The position numbers and the translations under genes were made by a program. From assembly GCA_029907055.1 (NCBI GenBank), contig JARYMO010000001.1, forward strand, positions 1 to 24,448: a DNA stretch of 24,448 nt, read 5' to 3'. This DNA is from Syntrophomonadaceae bacterium (GTDB lineage Bacteria > Bacillota > Syntrophomonadia > Syntrophomonadales > Syntrophothermaceae). Shown here piece after piece: positions 1 through 8,043 of this stretch; position 1 is the first letter of the stretch; each line of letters starts with the position of its first letter. The notes under the pieces were generated by a model, which made no database searches, was not told the origin of the DNA, and was given only the letters and a program-made list of their open reading frames with translations.

Positions 1-1031
1 CCCGCACGACCCATCCGCACCCGTTCCTCGGGACGCTGGAGCAACCAGCGCAGGCGTTGGCGGAGACTCTCCTCGTCTCCCCGCGGGACAAGAAAGCCGG
101 TGATCCCATCTTCGACCGCTTCGCTAACCCCGCCCACATCCGACGCAATGACGGGCAGCCCGGCCCGCATGGCTTCCAGCACGGTGAGGGGAAGGCCTTC
201 ATAGCGCGAAGCCAGCACGAAGACGTGGCTGCGTGCCAGCCGGCGCACAACGTCGGTCTGCGCCCCCGAGAACGACACGCGGTCGCTGGCACCGAGTTTT
301 GCCGCCAGAGCCTGGCTCTGCTGCATCAAGGGCCCATCGCCCACCAACTCGACCTCGAAGTCAGGCACTCCCTTCAGTGCGGCAACCGCCCGGATAAGCA
401 GATCCTGGTCTTTTTGGGTGGCAAACCGCGCCACCATGATCACCCGCACCGGGGTCCCGGTCCCCGGCTGGGCCACGAGGTCTTCGCCGACATCAGGAAT
501 CCCGTTGTGCACGGTCACCAGTTGCTCCTCGCGCGCCACCCGCCAGCGGAGGGCCAGGCTCCGGTCGTAGTCGGACACGCAGATGATCTTGCTGGTACAG
601 CGGGCTGCAAGTCGTTCAACGTCTGCGTAGAATCGCCTCTTTCCGGCCGGCACCCCTTCCGTGAAGGCCCACCCGTGAGCGGTGAACACTGACGGGATCC
701 CGCACCTGTGGGCGGCCAGCCTGCCCAGCACCCCGGCCTTGCTGGAGTGGGTGCAGACGAGGTCCGGCTTCAGCTTTCGCATCAGCACCCTCAGATTATT
801 GAAAGCGCGCAGGTCGTCCAAGGGCGAAATGGGCTGCATCAGGGAAGGTATCGCGAAGACCCTGATGCCTGCCGCAACCAGACCGTCCCGCAACCAGTCG
901 GGGTTGCCCATGGCGACGGAGACTCTGAACGTGCTGGTCTGCCTGCTAGCCAGCTCAAGAAGGTGTGCCTGCGCCCCCCCAATGACGCCTTGACTGATGA
1001 CATGCAGCACCCGCGTTTTTGTGCCTTCCAT
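1..1031 (-). CDS. Glycosyltransferase family 4 (GT-B fold), 3' end runs off the window
   Basis: Absent from the ORF track because there is no stop in the window. Translated by hand from ATG at 1031: MEGTKTRVLHVISQGVIGGAQAHLLELA...HSSKAGVLGRLAA...VFTAHGW...VHNGI...VARFATQKDQ...VGDGP...SRYEGLPLTVLEAMRAGLPVIASDVGG. It carries the GT4 EX7E motif. AGGAAGGA SD-like sequence upstream. Confidence 0.93.
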   Translation of the reverse strand, partial: MEGTKTRVLHVISQGVIGGAQAHLLELASRQTSTFRVSVAMGNPDWLRDGLVAAGIRVFAIPSLMQPISPLDDLRAFNNLRVLMRKLKPDLVCTHSSKAGVLGRLAAHRCGIPSVFTAHGWAFTEGVPAGKRRFYADVERLAARCTSKIICVSDYDRSLALRWRVAREEQLVTVHNGIPDVGEDLVAQPGTGTPVRVIMVARFATQKDQDLLIRAVAALKGVPDFEVELVGDGPLMQQSQALAAKLGASDRVSFSGAQTDVVRRLARSHVFVLASRYEGLPLTVLEAMRAGLPVIASDVGGVSEAVEDGITGFLVPRGDEESLRQRLRWLLQRPEERVRMGRA

Positions 1032-1062
1032 GGGCCGTATCGTTCCTTCCTGCGCCGGGTCC

Positions 1063-1071
1063 ATTTTAACA
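1063..1071 (-). promoter_or_regulatory. Possible extended -10 (TGtTAAAAT), internal promoter for the downstream GT4
   Basis: TG-n-TAAAAT about 30 nt before the ATG at 1031, in a 270-bp gap. No convincing -35. Confidence 0.35.
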
Positions 1072-1303
1072 CGGGGGTCAGTGTTTCATCGCCACACGAC
1101 TGTGCCTATTGGGCTCGCGTCCACACCGAGCGTCTGCGGCGACAGCCACTCCCATCTCCTGCGCCCACTGTGTTCAGATACCACTCGCCGCCACCGTGCA
1201 CACCACTTGCAGGGTTCTTGCCGTGGAGCATTCCGGTTTGCCCCGCCGCAAGATCATGTCACGAAACATGACGGGCTCAATGAGTCCCGCCCTGCGCCTG
1301 CGA

Positions 1304-2386
1304 TCAGCTTCCCTGCAATATGCGCTGGTAAAGAGTCAGGTGGGCCTGCGCAGTATGTGATATGTCGAAGTTCACAACCCGTTTGAATCCTCTCTCTCTC
1401 AGCTCTTCGCGCATGGCTGAGTTCGACAGAACACGTTTCAGTTCCTGGGCAAGCCGCTCATCGTCTCCCGCGGGAAAGAGTATACCAGCCTCTCCGACGG
1501 TCTCTCTCAGCCCAGGAACCGCAGAGGCCACCACTGGGAGCCCGCTTGCCATGGCTTCCACCACCGACAAGGAGAACCCTTCCCACCGGGAGGACTGGAC
1601 ATAGACGTCGCACGCTTTCATTATGCGAGCAACGTCGCTGCGACGGCCAAGAAAGTGAACCCTGTCTTTCAGGCCCATGGAAACCACCTGTGATTCCACC
1701 AGCGGTCGGGTGGAACCGTCACCAACCAAGACCAAATGCGCATCCTCCAACCTTCTCATGGCCCGCAGCAAAGTCGCATGATCCTTTTCTTCCTCGAATC
1801 TGGCCACTGAAAGCACTATGGGGCCCCCACCGCTACCCACGAGAGCCTCCCGAGTCAGCGCAGTCGCTGTGCCAAATTGTGATACCGGGATCCCGTTGGG
1901 GATTACGTGCACTATTCCCTCAGTCTGTGGCACCCAGGCCTGCAGCGAACGTTGCACGGCATCGCTCACGCATACAATTGCTGCGTACTGCATGTACATC
2001 CATCTATCCACAGGCCGAAGCAATGCTTTTCTCCTGTGATTGTGGGTGCTGTGCTCCGTGGTGATAAGAAGAGTCCTGCGCCGAGCTGTCCTCAGGGCAA
2101 TAGGCACCCACAGTTGCGCCGGAAACAAGTGTACATGGATCACGTCGTAGTCGTCCCACCCAAGCCGCCGTCGGAGTCCGTCAACCTGCAGTGGACTGCG
2201 CAAGCGGCCCTCAGCGAAAGTTATGGAGAATATTCCTTTCGCCCGGTACTCCAGCACGCTGTCCGTCCGCTGAAGGGCGTGGATGGAAACCTCACAGCCG
2301 GACTCTCTCAGAGCCGAGACCAGATTGACGAGGAGCGTTTCTGCGCCTCCCACCTGTAGGCTATTGATAATGTGAAGTACCCTCAC
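1304..2386 (-). CDS. Glycosyltransferase family 4, about 360 aa
   Basis: RVLHIINSLQVGGAE N-terminus, HVHLF, TEHS, IPNGI, VARFEEEKDH, VGDG, SRWEGFSLSVVEAMASGLPVVAS (EX7E). Start moved from the track's 2434 to GTG 2386, which follows a GAGGAG SD. Confidence 0.93.
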   Translation of the reverse strand: MRVLHIINSLQVGGAETLLVNLVSALRESGCEVSIHALQRTDSVLEYRAKGIFSITFAEGRLRSPLQVDGLRRRLGWDDYDVIHVHLFPAQLWVPIALRTARRRTLLITTEHSTHNHRRKALLRPVDRWMYMQYAAIVCVSDAVQRSLQAWVPQTEGIVHVIPNGIPVSQFGTATALTREALVGSGGGPIVLSVARFEEEKDHATLLRAMRRLEDAHLVLVGDGSTRPLVESQVVSMGLKDRVHFLGRRSDVARIMKACDVYVQSSRWEGFSLSVVEAMASGLPVVASAVPGLRETVGEAGILFPAGDDERLAQELKRVLSNSAMREELRERGFKRVVNFDISHTAQAHLTLYQRILQGS

Positions 2387-2434
2387 GCAGCCACTCCTCT
2401 TGAGAACAACCTGATGTATCGATTGCACAAGCAT

Positions 2435-3400
2435 TTATGGCACGCGAATCTGAACAGGAATCCCTGACTTTGCCACCGAGAGGAATTCTCCAGACGTGCG
2501 CTGTGTCGACTTTCGAACGCCAGTTATACTGACCGCTGTCGTCACACGACACGAGACTATAGCGGGTCCGTCGTTTCATCCAGCGCCACCGCCTCCAAAG
2601 AGGTGCTGCGAGGATTTCCGGTCTGCACGAATGCCATAGGAGTCCGCTCTGCGGCTGACGTGCGGAATTTATTGGCGGCAGGCGCAAGCCACGATCTTCG
2701 CCATGTTTCCACGCAAGCATCTCCTGTCCTCATTGATTGCATGAAAATCCCCCTTCTCTTGGTCGGGGCTGGGCCAAGGCCGCCATCACATTCCTCACGA
2801 ACGTCGGCAGATTTAGTACCGCACGAATTACCATCCAGTAATGATGCTATGAGCGGGTAAAATCTTCTAAGAGCGCAGCAGTTGCGGCCACTGCTTCCAC
2901 AAGGAGTGCCCGGCCTAGAAGAACACATAGTCGTAGACAATAATGGAGATATGAACAACATGATCAATCGTGATGACAGGACATCACCTTGAATCGCCAC
3001 CATCTTCGCTGGCCCCGCCAGTCAGAGCTATCATCTTGCACCGTCAGCACTCCCGACCAGGGGGAATTCTAGCCCCTGCTACACGGAACTACACTACGCG
3101 TTCACGCTCGAATTTCAACGGCTCAAGCAGACCAAGACCACTACCCTCTGATGCATATGAGCGATTCTCACTTCAACAAGTCCTGTCATGTCCAATTCCA
3201 ATGACAAGGCCGACAACAGCGCGTCTTACCCATGCACACCCCTACTCACTTCAAACCATTGCGAGGAGTTGCCTTAGGCTGGCGTTGAAAAGCGTCTACG
3301 TATGAACTTGATGAACTTGCCGCAACAACGCCGCGGCCTTCGTGAGTCGTCAGGCGAGCGTGCTGCCCGCAAATATCAGCCTCCTTCTCTCCTGCCGATA
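2435..3400 (-). pseudogene. Decayed coding remnants between GT2 and GT4 (identity unresolved)
   Basis: About 1 kb with no long coherent ORF inside an otherwise dense operon. An intact AAGGAGG SD precedes TTG 3372, but the frame stops after 32 aa. Protein-like segments are broken by stops (e.g. LLGRALLVEAVAATAALLEDFTRS*HHYWMVIRAVLNLPTFVRNVMAAL). A second SD-ATG at 2742 overlaps the upstream frame's stop at 2730-2732. Confidence 0.4.
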
Positions 3401-3437
3401 GGTGCAAACTATATACAAAATAGACAATGTTGCAATG

Positions 3438-4403
3438 TTAACTGACATTCCTCCGTTTCGTCTTGATTTCATAAGCGTTGCCAATCCTTCTTGGCTTCAA
3501 TCGCAAACCTCCTAACCTTGTTCGGGACCGCATTACCACCTGTCGGATTACGACTATCCCCGCAAACACATGAGAACACACCAGAGCAACAATCCTTGGC
3601 AGAACTTGTCGCCAGTTCTTAAACCGAACGGCGACTACAAGCATGTCAAAACGGTACTGGGCTAAATGATAGGCAACAAGAATCGGTACACCCAAGTAGC
3701 CTATCTTGTCAGCATGCTTTGAGAAAATGCGATGCAACGCAAACTTCCTGTTCTTGGAGTAGGTTTTCGACAGCGACCCGGGCCGAACCATGTACTCGGC
3801 GAGAGGCTCTGGGACATATACCCACTTCGCTCCTCCGCGTAGCAGCCGAAGCCACACATCGTAGTCTTCTGCTTCCCCTTTCAGCACTTCATCAAATCCT
3901 TGGATACGGCGGAAGAGTTCGGTGCGGCCGACAGTCATGGCAAAAGGCACCGTCTGCCAAAGCAAGTGCAGATACTGGCGACTTCCTGGGGCTGCAAAGC
4001 TCTGATGAAGCGCTGGGCGTTCTCTGAGTCGGCGCCCCCCCTCGTCGATATAGAAGTAGTTGGATATTGCCAGATCGGCTCCACTCTCAAGTCCGTCGAT
4101 CATCACTTCGAGTCTACGGGAATCCCACTTGTCGTCAGCATCCAGAAACGCAACATATTTGCCCCTGGCAAGCTGAAGACCCGCGTTGCGCGCCGCTGCA
4201 ACCCCCCTGTTGTCTTGCGAGAATACTCTGACTGAGTCTCCAAACGTTTTAAGAATGGCTGCAGTGTCGTCAGTAGAACCGTCGTCGACAACAATCACTT
4301 CGAGGTTAGCGTAAGTCTGACTGAGGGCACTCTCTATCGCTGACCGAAGCCATCGCCCGCAATTGTATGTCGGGATTATCACGCTGACCATAGGCCTTGA
4401 CAT
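3438..4403 (-). CDS. Glycosyltransferase family 2 (GT-A fold), about 321 aa
   Basis: VSVIIPTYN, VVDDGSTDD, NRGVAAARNAG, FLDADD (DXD), GFDE...EDYDVWLR. Hydrophobic C-terminal tail. Start taken as ATG 4403 (the track extends to 4427). Confidence 0.94.
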   Translation of the reverse strand: MSRPMVSVIIPTYNCGRWLRSAIESALSQTYANLEVIVVDDGSTDDTAAILKTFGDSVRVFSQDNRGVAAARNAGLQLARGKYVAFLDADDKWDSRRLEVMIDGLESGADLAISNYFYIDEGGRRLRERPALHQSFAAPGSRQYLHLLWQTVPFAMTVGRTELFRRIQGFDEVLKGEAEDYDVWLRLLRGGAKWVYVPEPLAEYMVRPGSLSKTYSKNRKFALHRIFSKHADKIGYLGVPILVAYHLAQYRFDMLVVAVRFKNWRQVLPRIVALVCSHVFAGIVVIRQVVMRSRTRLGGLRLKPRRIGNAYEIKTKRRNVS

Positions 4404-4615
4404 GCTGGAATCACCGCTTCCCACCAATGAGTAGTCGCGGAGGCTGAAATGGTCCGTCCTCCAACCGCTATCTGCCGGACTCCCAATGGTTCTCCTTCCT
4501 CAACCATAATCCGCTTCATCCATCATGATGCTCCGCTGACCTGGTGGCGCCCCTGCGCCCTTATCGCGAATACCCTCTTGTCCATTTATTTCCTTCTTGC
4601 AGCTGCCGAACAACA

Positions 4616-5950
4616 TCAAGAACTCTTACCCTTCAACAACAGGACGCGCAAGGTCCTCAACAGCACGACGACATCAAGCACTGCAGACTGCCGTTGAATA
4701 TAGAGCAGATCGTAACGCAGCTTGTCTTCCGGAGCGGTGCTGTACCTGCCCTCCACCTGCGCCAGACCCGTGAGCCCACAAGGCACCCTGTGCCGGTAAG
4801 CAAATTCCGGTAAGGTCCGGCAGTATTCGTTGACGAAGTGCGGGCGTTCGGGACGGGGCCCCACGAGACTCATATCTCCTACCAGCACATTCCATAGCTG
4901 GGGCAGCTCGTCTATCCGGCTCCTCCGCAGGAACCGCCCAACCCTGGTCACCCTGGGATCCCCTTCGCTCGCGAGTACGGGACCGGTATCCTTTTCCGCG
5001 TCCGCCCGCATGGTGCGAAACTTGTGTACTCTGAATATTCGGCCGTCCTTCCCTAGCCGCTCCTGCGAGTAGAACACCGGCCCCGGGGAGTCTACCCTGA
5101 CCAGCAGCGACACGAGTGCGAGCACGGGGCAAAGCAGGACAAGGCCCGCCGCCGCAACCACGATGTCGAACACCCGCTTCCCCCAGCTCAGATACCCCGG
5201 GCCCGAAATACCCTGCAGCAGTAGCAAGGGTACGTCGCCGGCATTCACCAGCCCTGCCCGTTGCAGCATGATGTCCTGAACGCGAGGCTGAATGAGGACC
5301 GACTTGCGGGTCTGGACGCAGTATTCTACGATCGCCTCTCGAGTCCCACTATCAAGTCCGGCACCGACGATGACCGCCGCCACCTCGCGAAGAGACGAAC
5401 TGGTTTCCGCCAGGCGGTCCCACAGGGCGTGCGAATCTCCCTCACCGGTCAAGGACACGCTATCAGCCACGAAGAACACTCGTCCCAGCTGGTCGGCGAC
5501 GGCGTGGCGCAATCGCTCGATCTCGCCCTCTGCTCCGACAATGACGGCCTTCTTCGGCGCTCCCGCCAGCAACGCCTTTCGCCACACCAAGGTACGCCAG
5601 ACACCGAGGAGAAGCAACTGAAAGACGGATGCCATCGCGAACACCGTCCGCGGCACGGCAAACTGTCGCAGGAGGAATGAAAGCCCCATGTTCACCGCCA
5701 GCGAGAGGCCGACGATGCAGACCAGCGAGGCCAGCACCTCGTCGAAATCCGAATATTCCGAGTAGAAGCGGTATACCCAGCTCAGCACGACGAATGTAGC
5801 GATAAACCAGGGTACCATGGTCAGGAAATCCTCGAGGTTCTCGGTCGGGATTCGCAGGCCGAATTTCAGCAGAAAGGCAATGAGAAAGCTCCCCAGGAAC
5901 AACAGAACATCAATGGCTCCAACCAGTACTTTTCTTCCTGAACCGACCAC
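4616..5950 (-). CDS. Priming polyprenyl-phosphate sugar-1-phosphate transferase (WbaP/WcaJ/WsaP-like)
   Basis: Four N-terminal hydrophobic segments, a KAVIVGA Rossmann-like middle region and a fifth TM segment (KRVFDIVVAAAGLVLL). The C-terminal Bac_transf domain has KFRTM, IDELPQLWNVLVGDMSLVGPRPERP, GLTGLAQV and DLLYI. GGGAGG SD before the GTG. Confidence 0.96.
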   Translation of the reverse strand: MVGSGRKVLVGAIDVLLFLGSFLIAFLLKFGLRIPTENLEDFLTMVPWFIATFVVLSWVYRFYSEYSDFDEVLASLVCIVGLSLAVNMGLSFLLRQFAVPRTVFAMASVFQLLLLGVWRTLVWRKALLAGAPKKAVIVGAEGEIERLRHAVADQLGRVFFVADSVSLTGEGDSHALWDRLAETSSSLREVAAVIVGAGLDSGTREAIVEYCVQTRKSVLIQPRVQDIMLQRAGLVNAGDVPLLLLQGISGPGYLSWGKRVFDIVVAAAGLVLLCPVLALVSLLVRVDSPGPVFYSQERLGKDGRIFRVHKFRTMRADAEKDTGPVLASEGDPRVTRVGRFLRRSRIDELPQLWNVLVGDMSLVGPRPERPHFVNEYCRTLPEFAYRHRVPCGLTGLAQVEGRYSTAPEDKLRYDLLYIQRQSAVLDVVVLLRTLRVLLLKGKSS

Positions 5951-6026
5951 GGATGTCCCTCCCGGTTCTCAATGGACGTTCTGCCAATGCAGCCCATGCG
6001 TGCCGTAGCAGTGAGTCAACGCAAGA

Positions 6027-6052
6027 CGCGGGGGCCGATTGTTCGCCCCGCG
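6027..6052 (-). terminator. Terminator-like hairpin inside the leader of the sugar transferase operon
   Basis: CGCGGGG (6027-6033) / CCCCGCG (6046-6052) stem, followed on the minus strand by TCTTGCGTT. The U-tract is weak. Confidence 0.35.
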
Positions 6053-6174
6053 CAATTCAGTATCGAGGCCACCCTCCGAGTGCTCGCCGGAAACGGAGGG
6101 GGCGGGCACTCCTGCAGGCCCCCTGCGTGGCCCTCTCGCCAGCACCCCAGCTTGCCGCCCTGTTCCCGCCCTAT

Positions 6175-6183
6175 ATGGTACCA
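6175..6183 (-). promoter_or_regulatory. Possible extended -10 (TGgTACCAT) for the glycosyltransferase operon
   Basis: TG-n-TACCAT within the palindrome TATGGTACCATA. The -35 is poor (TTGGCA at 19-nt spacing). Confidence 0.3.
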
Positions 6184-6371
6184 TAATGGCCCCAGGAGGT
6201 GCCAAGGCGTTTGCCTCTCGGCGCGGCGGCGTCAACCGGGCCATTCATCCCGACTGCTTCAGCCGGTCCCAGAACTGAGTTCAATCCCGCAACGGGCATC
6301 CAAATGCTCCAACCCGCACACTTCGAAATCGTTGCCCGGCACGTTTCAGCGCAGTGTGTTGCCTGAACACA

Positions 6372-6400
6372 AGAAGGGCCCGCGTACAGCGGGCCCTTCT
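6372..6400 (-). terminator. Rho-independent terminator after the lipoprotein gene
   Basis: Perfect 12-bp stem AGAAGGGCCCGC / GCGGGCCCTTCT with a 5-nt loop, followed by TGTGTT on the minus strand, 80 nt after the stop at 6480. Confidence 0.8.
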
Positions 6401-6479
6401 CCAATCGGACGCTGTGGTTTCGCTGGTTGCCTTCGCCGTCCCTTCACCAACGCGAGCAGCACCTCCCAGCGGGTCAACG

Positions 6480-7862
6480 TCACGAATCCACGGAACACTT
6501 ACCACTGCTGGGATCAAATGCGAACTGGGCGGCAAAGGCACGGCAGACATCGGCTGCAGGCACCAGCACCCTGCCAGACACCAGTTCGGCAGCAGCCTCC
6601 ATGGGCACTTCGACGCCGTTGACTCTCATCGTCCGACTGCCGATGCTGATCTGCAGCGCCTTGGCAGGAGTGAGCATGGAGACTGTGCGGGTAGCGGCGT
6701 CCCAGTGAACATCGCCCGCACTCACCCCCAGCATCTGGGCAACATCGCTGACGGCAACGAACACCTTCCCCTCCCTCAGAAATGGGGCAAAGGCCATCGG
6801 CCGCTCTTCCCCATCCACTTTCATGGTGGTACCCCCAATGGTGAACGACGAGACGATTTGGGTTCCCTTCGGCGGCGCCGTATTGCAGTAGGCGACCGCA
6901 GCTTCCGCGGCCGACACGAACGGATTGCCCATGGTGATGGCATCGACCGCAGATCCACCCACCGCCAGCATCACCGGCCCGGCCGGCACCGTGCGGTCCA
7001 GGGTCAGCAAGATGTCAGACACTGCGATGGTGCTGGGCTGGGTGCTCCCGCCCCGCAGCAGGATGGTGAGAATATTGCCGCTGACCATGGCCGAAGGGGA
7101 AGCGAGTTCGAGGTCGCCTGCGGTCACGTTCACCGTGGGACGCGCAGCGAAAGTGACCCCCGTCGGCGCAACCACCACCAGCCGCCCTTGTGTGCCCCGT
7201 ACCACTGCCTGCAACGCCTCCGGACCCGCCTCGCGGACGACCAGGTCAGCGGCGGGCTGGGCCTGTCGCCCGGCTCCGACCGTGCGCGTCCCCCCGACCT
7301 CCAGCGAGAGCGCCCTGGCAACGCGGGCCACCGGCACCTGGGCAGATGCTCCGGCCGTTCCACCCACCGTGAGGATGACCTCGCCTTCGCCAGTACCCAG
7401 CGGCACCGTCACGGCCCCACGTTCGAATACCACCCTGCTTGCCCGGTTACCAGCCTTCAAGACCGTGTAGCTGACCAGCCGCCCCTGGGAGTCTTCTGGT
7501 ATGGCTCCGGACCCCAGCACCACGTCGCCTTCAATCACCGTCGGCACTGGCGCGCGGTTCCAGGCCAGGCCGGGCGGCAGTTCCAGGGTAACGGTCCTGC
7601 CTTCCTCCAGGCTTCCCGCCCCCAGCTCCCTCACCTCCACCGCGGCTACCCCTGCATCGAGGCGACCAGTGTAGACCTGCAAGGGAGATGCCGCTCTCAC
7701 CTCGAGCCCGGTTTCCCGCGGCAGACTTGGTTGTGGCGCCGGCCGCGGTGCACATCCGGACATCAGCAGGGCCATCAGGCCTGCCAGCAGGAACGCTGGC
7801 AGACTCATGCGTACTCGTCTGCGGCATTTCTCCACCTGGTTGGTTCGCAAGGGATTGCTCAT
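6480..7862 (-). CDS. Lipoprotein with two S-layer-type modules and a C-terminal copper-amine-oxidase-N (stalk) domain
   Basis: Lipobox LMSG-C after a basic/hydrophobic leader. GSLEEGRTVTLELP and QPAADLVVREA...PTVNVTAGDLEL...LTLDRTVPAG align by eye with the 10436-12589 protein. Stalk domain FTIGGTTMKVDGEERPMAFAPFLREGKVFV...SGRVLVP. GGAGGGG SD. Confidence 0.85.
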   Translation of the reverse strand: MSNPLRTNQVEKCRRRVRMSLPAFLLAGLMALLMSGCAPRPAPQPSLPRETGLEVRAASPLQVYTGRLDAGVAAVEVRELGAGSLEEGRTVTLELPPGLAWNRAPVPTVIEGDVVLGSGAIPEDSQGRLVSYTVLKAGNRASRVVFERGAVTVPLGTGEGEVILTVGGTAGASAQVPVARVARALSLEVGGTRTVGAGRQAQPAADLVVREAGPEALQAVVRGTQGRLVVVAPTGVTFAARPTVNVTAGDLELASPSAMVSGNILTILLRGGSTQPSTIAVSDILLTLDRTVPAGPVMLAVGGSAVDAITMGNPFVSAAEAAVAYCNTAPPKGTQIVSSFTIGGTTMKVDGEERPMAFAPFLREGKVFVAVSDVAQMLGVSAGDVHWDAATRTVSMLTPAKALQISIGSRTMRVNGVEVPMEAAAELVSGRVLVPAADVCRAFAAQFAFDPSSGKCSVDS

Positions 7863-7912
7863 GATATCCCCTCCATTCTGTTCCCGTGCTTGACGGCGGC
7901 CTTCATCGCGCT

Positions 7913-7918
7913 GTTATA
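7913..7918 (-). promoter_or_regulatory. Possible -10 element (TATAAC) for the lipoprotein gene
   Basis: TATAAC about 50 nt upstream of ATG 7862 and just downstream of a strong terminator, so a promoter is expected here. The -35 is weak. Confidence 0.3.
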
Positions 7919-7965
7919 CTACCATGATAGCATGCCGGAAGAGATGTCCCGACCGTTGGTGAGAA

Positions 7966-8008
7966 AAAAGCATGACGGGCGCCCCATCTGGGCGCCCGTC
8001 ATGCTTTT
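7966..8008 (-). terminator. Strong (potentially bidirectional) Rho-independent terminator
   Basis: Perfect 19-bp inverted repeat AAAAGCATGACGGGCGCCC / GGGCGCCCGTCATGCTTTT with a 5-nt loop and T-runs on both strands, 35 nt after the stop at 8044. Confidence 0.9.
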
Positions 8009-8043
8009 CTCGTGATTGTTGCGCTGCTCCTCTGCCACGCCCC

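Noticed and set aside
1200-1245. GGCAAAC on the minus strand, reminiscent of a c-di-GMP-I riboswitch
   Set aside because: Lacks the GAAA-capped stem and the following GCAAAGC segment.
4523-4585. 20-aa ORF MDKRVFAIRAQGRHQVSGAS with an AAGGAA upstream
   Set aside because: Too short, with no recognisable motif. It might be another remnant but this cannot be supported.
6270-6302. tRNA-3'-end-like text GAGTTCAATCCCGCAACGGGCATCCA
   Set aside because: The T-stem does not pair and there is no complementary acceptor 5' strand about 70 nt upstream, so no cloverleaf forms.
6439-6483. Frame overlapping the lipoprotein stop that reads VTLTRWEVLLALVKG, like an SLH helix
   Set aside because: The lipoprotein ends naturally at the end of its stalk domain, the rest of the SLH motif is absent, and the frame runs into a terminator.
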